Shown: positions 1 through 64,000 of the stretch, piece after piece
How the letters are laid out: each line of letters opens with the position of its first letter
Numbering within the stretch: the first letter of the stretch is position 1
Assembly: GCA_964016885.1 (NCBI GenBank)
Contig: OZ024759.1
Coordinates: 10,044,001-10,108,000 of the forward strand
DNA length: 64,000 nt
DNA from: Eledone cirrhosa
Lineage: Eukaryota
Direction: 5' to 3'
Program-made: the position numbers and the translations under genes
The notes under the pieces: generated by a model
Seen by the model: only the letters and a program-made list of their open reading frames with translations
What the model was told of the DNA's origin: nothing
Database searches by the model: none

Positions 1-2910
1 CACTACCATGTAACACCACACACCTCACACACCAACATGGAGCCCATGTCTCACTACCATGTAACACCACACACCTCACACACCAACATGGAGCCCATGT
101 CTCACTACCATGTAGCACCACACACCTCACACACCAACATGGAGCCCATGTCTCACTACCATGTAACACCACACACCTCACACACCAACATGGAGCCCAT
201 GTCTCACTACCATGTAACACCACACACCTCAGACACCAACATGGAGCCCATGTCTCACTACCATGTAGCACCACACACCTCACACACCAACATGGAGCCC
301 ATGTCTCACTACCATGTAGCACCACACACCAACATGGAGCCCATGTCTCACTACCATGTAGCACCACACACCTCACACACCAACATGGAGCCCATGCCTC
401 ACTACCATGTAGCACCACACATCTCACACACCAACATGGAGCCCATGCCTCACTACCATGTAGCACCACACACCTCACACACCAACATGGAGCCCATGTC
501 TCACTACCATGTAGCACCACACACACCAACATGGAGCCCATGTCTCACTACCATGTAGCACCACACACCTCACACACCAACATGGAGCCCATGTTTCACT
601 ACCATGTAGCATCACACATCTCACACACCAACATGGAGCCCATATCTCACTAACATGTAACACCACACATCTCACACCAACATGGAGCCCATGTCTCACT
701 ACCATGTAGCACCACACACCTCACACATCAACATGGAGCCCATGTCTCACTACCATGTAGCACCACACACCTCACACACCAACATGGAGCCCATGTCTCA
801 CTACCATGTAGCACCACACACCAACATGGAGTCCATGTCTCACTACCATGTAGCACCACACACCTCACACACCAACACGGAGCCCATGTCTCACTACCAT
901 GTAGCACCACACACCTCACACATCAACATGGATCCCATGTCTCACTACCATGTAGCATCACATCTCTCACACCAACATGGAGCCCATGTCTCACTACCAT
1001 GTAGCATCACACACCTCACACACCAACATGGAGCCCATGTCTCACTACCAAGTAGCCTCACACACCAACATGGAGCCCATGTCTCACTACCATGTAGCAC
1101 CACACACCTCACACACCAACATGGAGCCCATGTTTCACTACCATGTAGCATCACACATCTCACACACCAACATGGAGCTCATATCTCACTACCATGTAGC
1201 ACCACACACCTCACACACCAACATGGAGCCCATGTTTCACTACCATGTAACACCACACATCTCACACACCAACATGGATCCCATGTCTCACTACCATGTA
1301 GCACCCCACACCTCACACATCAACATGGATCCCATGTCTCACTACCATGTAGCACCACACACCTCACACACCAACATGGATCCCATGTCTCACTACCATG
1401 TAGCACCACACACCTCACACACCAACATGGAGCCCATGTCTCACTACCATGTAGCACCACACCTCACACACCAACATGGAGCCCATGTCTCACTACCATG
1501 TAGCACCACACACCTCACACACCAACATGGAGCCCATGTCTCACTACCATGTAGCACCACATACCTCACACACCAACATGGAGCCCATGTCTCACTACCA
1601 TGTAGCATCACATCTCTCACACCAACATGGAGCCCATGTCTCACTACCATGTAACACCACACACCTCACACACCAACATGGAGCCCATGTTTCACTACCA
1701 TGTAGCACCACACACACCAACATGGAGCCCATGTCTCACTACCATGTAGCACCACACACCTCACACACCAACATGGAGCCCATGTCTCACTACCATGTAA
1801 CACCACACACCTCAGACACCAACATGGAGCCCATGTCTCACTACCATGTAGCACCACACACCTCACACACCAACATGGAGCCCATGTCTCACTACCATGT
1901 AACACCACACACCTCACACACCAACATGGAGCCCATGTCTCACTACCATGTAGCACCACACACCTCACACACCAACATGGAGCCCATGTCTCACTACCAT
2001 GTAACACCACACACCTCACACACCAACATGGAGCCCATGTCTCACTACCATGTAACACCACACACCTCACACACCAACATGGAGCCCATGTCTCACTACC
2101 ATGTAACACCACACACCTCACACACCAACATGGATCCCATGTCTCACTACCATGTAGCACCACACACCTCACGCACCAACATGGAGCCCATGTCTCACTA
2201 CCATGTAGCACCACACAACTCACACACCAACATGGAGCCCATGTCTCACTACCATGTAGCACCACACACCTCACACATCAACATGAAGCCCATGTCTCAT
2301 ACCATGTAACACCACACACCTCACACGCCAACATGGAGCCCATGTCTCATACCATGTAACACCACAAATCTCACACACCAACATGGAGCCCATGTCTCAC
2401 TACCATGTAGCACCACACACCTCACACACCAACATGGAGCCCATGTCTCATACCATGTAACCCCACACACCTCACACACCAACATGGAGCCCATGTCTCA
2501 CTACCATGTAGCACCACACACCTCACACACCAACATGGAGCCCATGTCTCACCACACACACCAACATGGAACCCATGTCTCACTACCATGTAGCACCACA
2601 CACCTCACACACCAACATGGAGCCCATGTCTCACTACCATGTAGCACCACACACCTCACACACCAACATGGATCCCATGTCTCACTACCATGTAGCACCA
2701 CACACCTCACACACCAACATGGAGCCCACGTCTCACTACCATGTAGCACCACACACCTCACACACCAACATGCAGCCCATGTCTCACTACCATGTAGCAC
2801 CACACACCAACATGGAGCCCATGTCTCACTACCATGTAGCACCACACACACCAACATGGAGCCCATGTCTCACTACCATGTAGCACCACACACCTCACAC
2901 ACCAACATGA
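1..2910. repeat. 51-bp minisatellite derived from RTE LINE ORF2 (LHGSETW segment)
   Basis: Unit caccaacatggagcccatgtctcactaccatgtagcaccacacacctcaca. The core matches RTE copies at 44004-44030 and 60712-60750. Confidence 0.95.
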
Positions 2911-3016
2911 AAGCAAGGAAGATTGGAGTGACAGATTTGAACAATGAGAAGTTTTTGTAAAATAATTAAAATGGCAAACTTTATTTTTAAAAAATATAAT
3001 TTTAAAAAAATGAGAT

Positions 3017-3492
3017 AATGTGTGTGCGTGTGCAATGTGACTGTTTCTGTGTGTGTGTGTGTGTGTGCATATGTGTGTGTGTGTCAGAGTCTGTGTGTTT
3101 GTCTGTGTGTGCGTATGTGTGTGCAATGTGTCTGTTTCTCTCTGTGTTTTGTATGTGTGTGTGTGAGTATGTGTGTGTCAATGTTTGTGTGAGTGTGTGT
3201 GAGTATATGTGTGTCAATGTTTGTGTGAGTGTGTGTGTGTGTCAATGTGTGTGTATGTGTATGTGTGTGCGTGTGTATGGTGTGGGTGTGTCAATGTTTT
3301 TGTGTATGTGTGTGCGTGTGGATGTGTGTATGTGTGTGTGTCAATGTATGTGTATGTGTGTGTGTCAATCTGTGTGTGTGTGTCAATGTGTGTGTGTGTG
3401 TGTGTATGTGTGCGCGTATGTGTGTGTGTGTATGTATGTGTATGTGTGTGCATATGTGTGTGTGCGTGTGTGCGTGTGTGTGTGTCTATGTT
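3017..3492. repeat. Degenerate (TG)n microsatellite
   Basis: TG-rich tract. Confidence 0.95.
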
Positions 3493-3504
3493 TGAAATTC
3501 TGAG

Positions 3505-3688
3505 ATTGACAGTATCAGTAGAGGGTCGGACGCCATGCTTTCCAGCATAGAGTTACGTCCCTTTACGGTCTGAGTTCAAATCCCGCCGAGGTTGACTTTG
3601 CCTTTCATCCTTACGGGGTCGATAAAATAAAGTACCAGTAATGCACTGAGGTAATTGCTGGCCTTGTGCCAAAAGTAGAAACAATTAT
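3505..3688 (+). mobile_element. SINE family A (tRNA-type head, Meta/MESC-like core ctttcatccttacggggtcgataaaataaagtaccag)
   Basis: About 185-bp repeat with ~20 copies, e.g. 8588, 8778, 15043, 19575(-), 20263(-), 20549, 41730(-), 42105, 43088(-), 49880(-), 61637(-). B-box-like gagttcaaatccc. Confidence 0.8.
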
Positions 3689-3949
3689 AGTCCAGGAATA
3701 TTGGTTGTTTCAAACAAAACTGAATGTTGATACACCCCTCCTGGGGTCCCTCACTGGAGAGTAAAGGATGTATGAAGGGAACTACCAGTGATACACCCCT
3801 CCTGGGGTCCCTCACTGGAGAGTAAAGGATGTATGAAGGGAGCTACCACTGGAGAAGATACTGAACTGGCTCTTTGAAATGGTGGGAATATGGAAGGCAT
3901 GAAAACGTTCTGTTACCTCATAAGGTAGCCATGCTGGTTCTACAATATA

Positions 3950-4478
3950 AACAACACCCAGTACACTCTGTAAAGTGGTAGTGTTGGTACCATGATAAAA
4001 TACACCCAGTACACTCTGTAAAGTGGTAGTGTTGGTGTCATGATAAAATACACCCAGTACACTCTGTAAAGTGGTAGTGTTGGTGCCATGATAAAATACT
4101 CCCAGTACACTCTGTAAGGTGGTAGTGCTGGTGTCATGTTAAACAACACCCAGTACACTCTGTAAAGTGGTAGTGTTGGTGTCATGTTAAACAACACCCA
4201 GTGCACTCTGTAAAGTGGTAATGTTGGTGCCATCATAAAATACTCCCAGTACACTCTGTAAAGTGGTATTGCTGGTGCCATGATAAAATACTCCCAGTAC
4301 ACTCTGTAAAGTGGTAGTGTTGGTGTCATGATAAAATACTTCCAGTACACTCTGTCAAGTGGTAGTGCTGGTGCCATGATAAAATACTCCCAGTGCACTC
4401 TGTCAAGTGGTAGTGCTGGTGCCATGGTAAAATATACCCAGTACACTCTGTAAGGTGGTAGTGTTGGTGCCATGATAA
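3950..4478. repeat. 48-bp minisatellite (cacccagtacactctgtaaagtggtagt core)
   Basis: Tandem units. Same core as 15462-16523 and a monomer near 32110-32176(-). Confidence 0.93.
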
Positions 4479-4484
4479 ATAAGC

Positions 4485-4745
4485 TCCCAGTGATGAATGT
4501 TGTGAAGAGAAATGGAATGAGATGTTTGGGTCATGTGTTGAGGAAGGATGGAAGTGTGACTTGGGTGGGAGGAATAGAGCCAGTTATGAATGGTGTGAAG
4601 AGAGATGGAAGGAGATGGTTAGGTCATGTGTTGAGGAAGGATGGAAGTGACTGGGTGAGAGGAGTGATGGAAATGAATGTGGAAGGAAGTAGAGGAAAGG
4701 GAAAACCGAGGAAGGCATGGTTAAAGATGATGGGAAGTAGAGGAC
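4485..4745 (+). mobile_element. RTE LINE 3' ORF fragment with internal duplication
   Basis: RWLGHVLRKDGSDWVRGVMEMNVEGSRGKGKPRKAW. Confidence 0.8.
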
Positions 4746-4907
4746 AATGTAAAAGCTTCTCATTCTACCTGCAAGGCTATATGTTGCTTTTAGCAAATAA
4801 AAATGGCCTTAATACACTTCTTTCTTTCTTATAATTCTGAATATGTGTTTATCCAAAATACATATGTGAACTTATTGTGAAGATATGGAGATTATGGCTG
4901 CTGCTTC

Positions 4908-55305
<50,398 letters not shown>

Positions 55306-55331
55306 CTGGAAAAACACAACATCAATATCGT

Positions 55332-57905
55332 ACATATATATATGTGACAGAGGGTATATAAAGGTGTGTATATAAAGATGTGTATATATGTGACAGAGGG
55401 TATATAAAGATGAGTATATATGTGACAGAGGGTATATAAAGGTGTGTATATATGTGACAGTGTGTATATAAAGGTGTGTATATATGTGACAGTGGGTATA
55501 TAAAGGTGTGTATATATGTGACAGTGGGTATATAAAGGTGTGTATATATGTGACAGTGGGTATATAAAGGTGTGTATATATGTGACAGTGGGTATATAAA
55601 GGTGTGTATATATGTGACAGTGGGTATATAAAGGTGTGTATATATGTGACAGTGGGTATATAAAGGTGTGTATATATGTGATAGTGTGTATATAAAGGTG
55701 TGTATATATGTGACAGTGGGTATATAAAGGTGTGTATATATGTGATAGTGTGTATATAAAGATGTGTATATATGTGACAGTGTGTATATAAAGATGTGTA
55801 TATATGTGACAGTGGGTACATAAAGGTGTGTATATATGTGACAGTGGGTATATAAAGATGTGTATATATGTGACAGTGTGTATATATGTGACAGTGGGTA
55901 TATAAAGGTGTGTATATATATGTGACAGTGTGTATATAAAGATGTGTATATATGTGACAGTGGGTATATAAAGGTGTGTATATATGTGACAGTGGGTATA
56001 TAAAGGTGTGTATATATATGTGACAGTGGGTATATGAAGGTGTGTATATATGTGACAGTGTGTATATAAAGATGTGTATATATGTGACAGTGGGTATATA
56101 AAGGTGTGTATATATGTGACAGTGGGTATATAAAGATGTGTATATATGTGACAGTGGGTATATAAAGGTGTGTATATATGTGCCAGTGGGTATATAAAGG
56201 TGTGTATATATATGTGACAGTGGGTATATGAAGGTGTGTATATATGTGACAGTGTGTATATAAAGATGTGTATATATGTGACAGTGGGTATATAAAGGTG
56301 TGTATATATGTGACAGTGGGTATATAAAGGTGTGTATATATGTGACAGTGGGTATATAAAGATGTGTATATAAAGATGTGTATATATGTGACAGTGTGTA
56401 TATAAAGATGTGTATATATGTGACAGTGTGTATATAAAGGTGTGTATATATATGTGACAGTGTGTATATAAAGATGTGTATATATGTGACAGTGGGTATA
56501 TAAAGGTGTGTATATATGTGACAGTGTGTATATAAAGATGTGTATATATGTGACAGTGGGTATATAAAGGTGTGTATATATGTGACAGTGGGTATATAAA
56601 GGTGTGTATATATGTGATAGTGTGTATATAAAGGTGTGTATATATGTGACAGTGGGTATATAAAGGTGTGTATATATGTGATAGTGTGTATATAAAGATG
56701 TGTATATATGTGACAGTGTGTATATAAAGATGTGTATATATGTGACAGTGGGTACATAAAGGTGTGTATATATGTGACAGTGGGTATATAAAGATGTGTA
56801 TATATGTGACAGTGTGTATATAAAGATGTGTATATATGTGACAGTGTGTATATAAAGGTGTGTATATATGTGACAGTGGGTATATAAAGGTGTGTATATA
56901 TATGTGACAGTGTGTATATAAAGATGTGTATATATGTGACAGTGGGTATATAAAGGTGTGTATATATGTGACAGTGGGTATATAAAGGTGTGTATATATA
57001 TGTGACAGTGGGTATATGAAGGTGTGTATATATGTGACAGTGTGTATATAAAGATGTGTATATATGTGACAGTGGGTATATAAAGGTGTGTATATATGTG
57101 ACAGTGTGTATATAAAGGTGTGTATATATGTGACAGTGGGTATATAAAGGTGTGTATATATATGTGACAGTGGGTATATGAAGGTGTGTATATATGTGAC
57201 AGTGTGTATATAAAGATGTGTATATATGTGACAGTGGGTATATAAAGATGTGTATATATGTGACAGTGGGTATATAAAGGTGTGTATATATGTGACAGTG
57301 GGTATATAAAGGTGTGTATATATATGTGACAGTGGGTATATGAAGGTGTGTATATATGTGACAGTGGGTATATAAAGGTGTGTATATATATGTGACAGTG
57401 TGTATATAAAGATGTGTATATATGTGACAGTGGGTATATAAAGATGTGTATATAAAGATGTGTATATATGTGACAGTGTGTATATAACGGTGTGTATATA
57501 TATGTGACAGTGTGTATATAAAGATGTGTATATATGTGACAGTGGGTATATAAAGGTGTGTATATAAAGATGTGTATATATGTGACAGTGTGTATATAAA
57601 GGTGTGTATATATATGTGACAGTGTGTATATAAAGATGTGTATATATGTGACAGTGGGTATATAAAGGTGTGTATATATGTGACAGTGGGTATATAAAGG
57701 TGTGTATATATGTGACAGTGTGTATATAAAGGTGTGTATATATGTGACAGTGGGTATATAAAGGTGTGTATATATGTGACAGTGTGTATATAAAGGTGTG
57801 TATATATGTGACAGTGGGTATATAAAGGTGTGTATATATGTGACAGTGGGTATATAAAGGTGTGTATATATGTGACAGTGGGTATATAAAGGTGTGTATA
57901 TATGT
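55332..57905. repeat. 32-bp minisatellite
   Basis: atgtgacagtgggtatataaaggtgtgtatat. Confidence 0.96.
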
Positions 57906-58474
57906 CATTCGAAGCACTCTACACGTTTTCTGGAGTATAATATCAATGATATTAATAAATGGAAACTATATTTATTGTATTATATATATTTCAAGGGTAC
58001 CAAAATTTTGGTACGCTCTCTTCAGATAAAATACAAAATTTGTTTTATAAATGGTGACATACCCAAGAAACCAGACCTTATCGGTTCAGGTTCAGTTTAT
58101 TCATATATATATATATACTAAGAATAATGAGTTCTAAACTCAGGCAGTCCTTTACAATGAAATAGCTCAAAGAAAGAAGTATTTCTGAGCCGTGTAATAC
58201 AAGTTAATATAAATTAATATATATGATAAAACACAAATACCAACATATACGTGTTTGTATTGTAAATGACTAAGTTAGCTAGATTGAAAGATACTAATTA
58301 TAATAATACAGTTTGCCTGTCTCGATTTAAAATAATAAATCAATAAAAACAAACGATATTGGCAAATGGCCGTGGTACTTAGACAAATTTAAATTTCAAA
58401 ATCAAACCTGTTCCGTAGATAACACTTATATGTTGGTATTTGTGTTTTATCATATATATTAATTTATATTAACT

Positions 58475-58524
<50 letters not shown>

Positions 58525-58742
58525 TCCAGTTCCTCGGAGGACTAACAACACACCCAGTAGCTAGACATATCGATGTATTGACAGAGTGAAACACACTTCA
58601 ACAACATGTGTACCTGTCTTTTCCTCACCACTTCGGACTGCCTGAAGAGGTCACAGTCAATAATATCTGCCACCTAAATATATGCACCAGTAAATTTATA
58701 ATTTATAATAAACAAAGCCAAATTTTACATATTTGACTTACT

Positions 58743-58779
<37 letters not shown>

Positions 58780-58795
58780 TATAGGAATGAGTAGG

Positions 58796-58870
58796 ACCCA
58801 CTCTACTACCCTAAGTATTGAGTACTTTGGTGCGTTATGGTCCATCTGGTTCCTTACCACATTTCCTTCG

Positions 58871-58902
<32 letters not shown>

Positions 58903-58978
58903 CGAAGGGAATGTGGTAAGGAACCAAGTGGACCATAACGCACCAAAGTACTCAATACTTAGGGTAGTAGAGTGGGTA
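58796..58978. repeat. Inverted repeat around (TA)n
   Basis: About 78-bp arms. Same family at 25090-25200 and 40260-40410. Confidence 0.88.
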
Positions 58979-59494
58979 ATAGGAACAAGTAAGACCCCGA
59001 CGGCTGAGCTGAATTCTGTACTGAATGAAAATTTATTCTGGTATTTAAATAGCCGAGCTTATCAAGGGGTAATTCCATATATGGTCAAAGAGATAATCAC
59101 CAGGATTGGTCACATCACAAGTTAGTAGTAAATCTGTGATGGCAAATTGGTGGGAGAAGGGGTAGCTAAACCTGCTGGTAGGAGAAAAAGGGAGAGGGGG
59201 TGGAGTAGACCCATTCATGCGTTGGTAGTGCCAGCTACAGCTGGGCGTGAGGTTAAAGAGGATGTTCTTGAAGCCTTCACCTCTTCCCCTGTGAGCCCTA
59301 ATTCTCCTCCACAGTTCCCTTGTCGTTTTAACTTGGATTGCCTCAAGAACGTAGCCTTATTATGTAAGAAGCTGTCTGATGAGATCATGGCATTGGATAC
59401 CCGGAATCGTGTGGCCACTGTCGTCATTGAAATATGTATTACAGCCTTATCAATAAAGGACTTTAACATCTGAAACTACTTTGCATTTTCTTAC

Positions 59495-59536
<42 letters not shown>

Positions 59537-59543
59537 ATAAATG

Positions 59544-59683
59544 ACAATCAAAGAGTGTTTAAAACATTTAATCACTTACAATTGTTTCATCCTAGCACAA
59601 GGCTGGAATCATCAGGAATTCCGGCCTTGCGCTAAGATGAATCAATCAGAAGTGATTAAATGTTTTAAACACTCTTTGATTGT
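59544..59683 (-). ncRNA. Fold-back containing a hammerhead (59574-59618, minus strand)
   Basis: CTGATGA-TTCCAGC-CTTGT-GCTAGGAT-GAAAC-AATT-GTA, flanked by 34-bp inverted arms. Confidence 0.7.
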
Positions 59684-60065
59684 TGTTTATAAAGTATTTC
59701 GGCTCTGTAGTATACTTGGTATTTTACATTGAGCTATTTTCATACTTGTAATTGGGTAATATTTATCATTACCCACATATATATATATATGTATGTGTGT
59801 GTGTGTGTGAGGTATCAAAACATATCAAATATGTTTGATTTTTGTGCTTTTCAATAAACCAGCTCAATAGACTTTATCCAGAGCAATAATAATTCAAATA
59901 TAAAAGATATATATATATGTATATATATATATAGAGAGAGAGAGAAAGGACCATATATCTGTGAGAAAACACAATATATTGTATATATACATAGCACATA
60001 TTTCAAAGAAAAATATGTACTCTAGATGGAAACAAACTAGACTATCACTACAATATGAAAACACT

Positions 60066-60866
60066 ATCATCATCATCATCATCATCATCATCATTTTATG
60101 TCCGCTTTTCCCTGCTTGCAAGGGTGGGACGGGTCCTATTCAGCACAGCATCTCTCCACTCGTCACGGTCCCTCGTCATCTCCACCGTCAGCTTCAATGA
60201 TCTGATGTCTGTTCTCACCACCTCCGCCCATGTTTTTCGTGGTCTACTTCTACCACGTCTTCCTTCAACTGGCAATTCCTGGCACTTCTTCACCCATTGG
60301 TTATCCTCCATGCGCATCACATGTCCATACCACCTCAGTCTCCTCTCCCGTACACTACATTTTATCCCTCTCAGACAGTTTCTCTCTCAACACATCACAT
60401 GTCCATACCATCTCAGTCTCCTCTCTCGCACACTACATTCTATCTCTCTCAACACATCACATGTCCATACCACCTCAGTCTCCTCTCCCGTACACTACAT
60501 TCTATCCCTCTCAGACACAGTTTCTCTCTCAACACATCACATGTCCATACCACCTCAGTCTCCTCTCCCGTACACTACATTCTATCCCTCTCAGACACAG
60601 TTTCTCTCTCAACACATCCATGCTGGGTCGTTCACGCACATTTACACTGCACATCCAACGGAGCATGCTTGCCTCATTTCTCTCCAGCCGTCGCATATCC
60701 TCTGCGGTTGCTGCCCATGTCTCACTACCATACAGCATCACGCTCTTCACACAGGCATCATACAACCGGCCTTTCGTACGCAGGGAGAAACCCTTCTTCG
60801 TCAACAGAGGAAGCAGCTCCCTAAACTTCTTCCAACCTGTCCTTATTCTAGATACTATGGCCTCAG
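60066..60866 (-). mobile_element. RTE LINE 3' fragment with internal tandem amplification (60314-60617)
   Basis: MLYGSETWAA...RRLRWYGHVM (repeated)...RTRPTLASREKRT plus (CAT)n. Confidence 0.92.
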
Positions 60867-60927
60867 TATATTATATATATATACTATTCCTCCGAGCGAA
60901 GCCGGGTACCTATATATTATATATATA

Positions 60928-61116
60928 TACTAGCTGAGGTACTCGGTTTCACTTGGAGGAATAGTTAAGAGAAGACAGATAAAAGAGAAAACGACTGTAT
61001 TGGATGACATTACAATCTCATCTCATACTAGAGAACACATCCAATACAGTCATTTTCTCTGTTCTCCATCTTCTCTTAACTATTCTCCTGGGCAAAGCCG
61101 GGTACCTAAGCTAGTA
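60928..61116. mobile_element. Palindromic MITE with Helitron-like CTAG termini
   Basis: tactagctgaggtactcggtttc... / ...aagccgggtacctaagctagta, with long imperfect arms. Confidence 0.55.
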
Positions 61117-61173
61117 TATAATATATGATAGTGTTTTCATATTGTAGTGATAGCCTAGTTTGAATGTATGTAC

Positions 61174-61259
61174 CTTGCCTATCTGGATTACACCCAGTAT
61201 GATTTTGGGACTGACCGGCGCATGGAACCTAGGGACAGCTGGAGATTGTGTATAGTTCA
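61174..61259 (-). CDS. Candidate upstream exon of the adaptor gene
   Basis: Donor AAG/GTACAT. An 86-nt phase 1-0 reading (NYTQSPAVPRFHAPVSPK...) would fit 55305. An alternative acceptor at 61229 gives VPCAGQSQNHTGCNPDRQ. Lies next to an RTE remnant, so uncertain. Confidence 0.3.
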
Positions 61260-62447
61260 CTAGCTACAAATTTTTCTTGTGACACTAAACTCTGCCAGTT
61301 ACAGACTGCGCATCAGCATGTGACATCTCTCTCCACAAAGTTCGATCACCAGCAGCAGAGTTCAAAGAGCAAAGATCAAGTCCAGTCCATAGGTTGACAT
61401 TGTTAAGCCATTTTGGCTGCTGGCCTCTGCTTCTCTTACCAGCCAACCTTCCTTCCTTCCAGGCATATCCTACTCACACCAGGAGTTGGTTTTTCTTATG
61501 TGACAACTATAGTTTGAGTATTGACTTGACAATTGATGTAATTGGTCTAAGTTTGGTAATGTTGAGCAGCTCACTGATACAGATACGGTCGTTGAGCCGC
61601 TTGCCAGTCTTAAGTCTCTATGAATACATGGCATATAATTGTTTCTACTTTAGGCACAAGGCCAGCAATTACCCAGTTCATTACTGGTACTTTATTTTAT
61701 CGACCCCGTAAGGATGAAAGGCAAAGTCAACCTCGGCGGGATTTGAACTCAGATCGTAAAGGGACGTAACTATGCTGGAAAGCATGGCGTCCGACCCTCT
61801 ACTGATACTGCCAATCCACCGCCGTATATATTACGACAACATCTGGCAATGGATGCCCTCCTAGCTACACTCGGCTGCTTGGGTCTGTCCACCTAGCTTG
61901 AGTGCTTGGAAATAAATTAAATTTCCCTTTTCTACGGTAAACTGTAGTTACTCGAAACGGTCGGTGGAGTGTTGGGCTCTGGGGGGGGGGGTCACCTTAT
62001 TTGGGTGTTGTTAACCACCATACCTTACTTCTAACATTGAACTATAAGTGGAACCCAAAGCAGATAGTAAATTAGCTTAGCTTAACTAAACGGTAATTCA
62101 CCGGCCAACTGTGCGGAATCTACTTGTTTAATTATACTTCAAACATTTTTAAACACTCAATTTTAATTTTCTATCCCTAAAATTAACCCTAACTCTAGCT
62201 TCTAAATGTTTTTAACCAAAACATTTTTCTACTTGATATGTAACTAGAACATCCTCCACTCCTGTATGTTGCATACCTTCCATGAGTGTATATAACTTAG
62301 CTTGACCCAAGCAGCTTATCCCTATCTGTAACACAATACCGTCTCACTGCTGTGATATCAATAACAATTGTATATTTAGTGGAACACTCTCACAGCACGA
62401 TCAATAAACAGCTATGTATGTGAAAACTTATTATTATGCTTATTTTG

Positions 62448-63030
62448 GGCGGTGGATTGGCAGTATCGGTAGAGGGTCGGACGCCATGCTTTCCAGCATA
62501 GTTACGTCCCTTTACGATCTGAGTTCAAATCCCGCCGAGGTTGACTTTGCCTTTCATCCTTACGGGGTCGATAAAATAAAGTACCAGTAATGTACTGGGT
62601 AATTGCTGGCCTTGTGCCAAAAATAGCAACAATTATGCTTATTTTGGTGGATTGGCAAAATCGGTAGAGGGTCGGACGCCATGCTTTCCAGCATAGTTAC
62701 GTCCCTTTACGATCTGAGTTCAAATCCCGCCGAGGTTGACTTTGCCTTTCATCCTTACGGGGTCGATAAAATAAAGTACCAGTAATGTACTGGGTAATTG
62801 CTGGCCTTGTGCCAAAAATAGCAACAATTATGCTTATTTTGGTGGATTGGCAAAATCGGTAGAGGGTCGGACTCATGCTTTGCAGCATAGAGTTACGGCT
62901 CTTTCCATTCTGAGTTCAAATCCCGTCGAAGTTAACTTTGCCTTTCATCCTTACGGGGTCGATAAAATAAAGTACCAGTAATACACTGGGTTAATTGCTG
63001 GCCTTGTGCCAAAAGTAGAAGCAATTATCT
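62448..63030 (+). mobile_element. Three tandem SINE-A copies
   Basis: Units joined by the repeated linker attatgcttattttgg. Confidence 0.88.
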
Positions 63031-63316
63031 GTAATACAATATTCTTCACCCGTCCTCCTTCTCCAGCCTGCTGTCTGAAGTCTGCTAGAATTAGGAGGTA
63101 GTAATGATTTGCCTGACAAACTATATATCCCCCTAACTACTTATTAAATGAGCAGGAAGATAACTTCACTCAGAGAGTAGAGAGCAGAGTAGCAACATGC
63201 TGGCCCATTCCTCTCTCAGTCAAAAACATAAACACACATTTTTCCCTCTCTTTTTTCTGTGCTTGTTTCCTTAAGGTCTACCACCATTCCGCTGGTATAC
63301 ATCTATTATGCAATGT

Positions 63317-63374
63317 ACACCTGAAGATGTCACCGGGTTATTACACAACCTGGTCACTGAAATGTGCATAGTGT
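63317..63374 (+). ncRNA. Type I hammerhead motif
   Basis: ACAC-CTGAAGA-TGTCACCGGGTT..AACCTGGTCACT-GAAA-TGTGCA-TA-GTGT, then AATAAA. Confidence 0.78.
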
Positions 63375-64000
63375 TTGCAGAAAATAAAAAATTAAGGAAC
63401 TTCAACATATTTGGCCTCCTGTCATTTCACTTTATAATACATTTACTCTGTTCCTGCACCACCACCATCATTCAACATCAAAGATGGATGCATTGTTTTT
63501 CTCGTATTACATCATGATTAACACTGCAGAATGACCAGTTCTAACCAGTGGTAAACCCCTAAATTTAAATGTATATATATCAAACCCAAGTCCACCATTT
63601 GCCTCCATCATGGATCAACTAAGCAGTCTTGCTATATTAACACATTTTGATCTGCTTATCTTCAAGAACTATGCCTGTAAATAACATTATTTTTTCTTTC
63701 ACATTGCCTTATGCTCCACATTACGCCTTCTGGTGTGAGTTACGTTTGTTGCTACCCTTCGTATTAGTGTGTGTTTGGTTATTACTCTTATTACTATTTT
63801 TCCTCAAGGACATATTGTGAGAAATAATGTTGTAACTATGTGTTTTTATAGGTAGGAACTCGATCTCATTATTTGGCCTGATCTAGCTAATGCCTGATTA
63901 TAGTATTGTGAGTTTTTGCTAAATATGGTTTCGTCATAAGATAGATTAGAGATTCTATTGGATATTCCTTTAGAGATAGAGTTTAATATTGATCTAGGGT

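Noticed and set aside
59147-59473. Overlapping 108-aa and 84-aa ORFs
   Set aside because: They are contiguous with the repeat family at 58796-58978, are probably retroelement remnant, and have no recognisable domain.

Overview
AT-rich, extremely repeat-dense eukaryotic DNA, probably from an octopod cephalopod judging by the SINE/RTE/Penelope repertoire (inference). Almost every long ORF in the track is a satellite artefact. The window holds the 3' part of one minus-strand gene, assembled by hand from 13 GT-AG exons (55305 to 4908, 888 nt, one continuous frame). It encodes a BLNK/SLP-76/CLNK-family adaptor with Pro-rich segments, two acidic DYxxP motifs and a C-terminal SH2 domain. Each DYxxP motif sits on its own 23-nt microexon within a duplicated two-exon module. 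The introns carry about 15 minisatellites (several derived from LINE/SINE segments), RTE and R4-type LINE fragments, two SINE families, two hAT MITEs with 8-bp TSDs, a MULE remnant and a 5'-truncated Penelope-like element (PLE). They also carry at least 12 type-I hammerhead-ribozyme motifs from different families, many at the centre of long fold-back inverted repeats. One fold-back instead encloses a tRNA-like cloverleaf. All analysis was by eye, so repeat boundaries are approximate.
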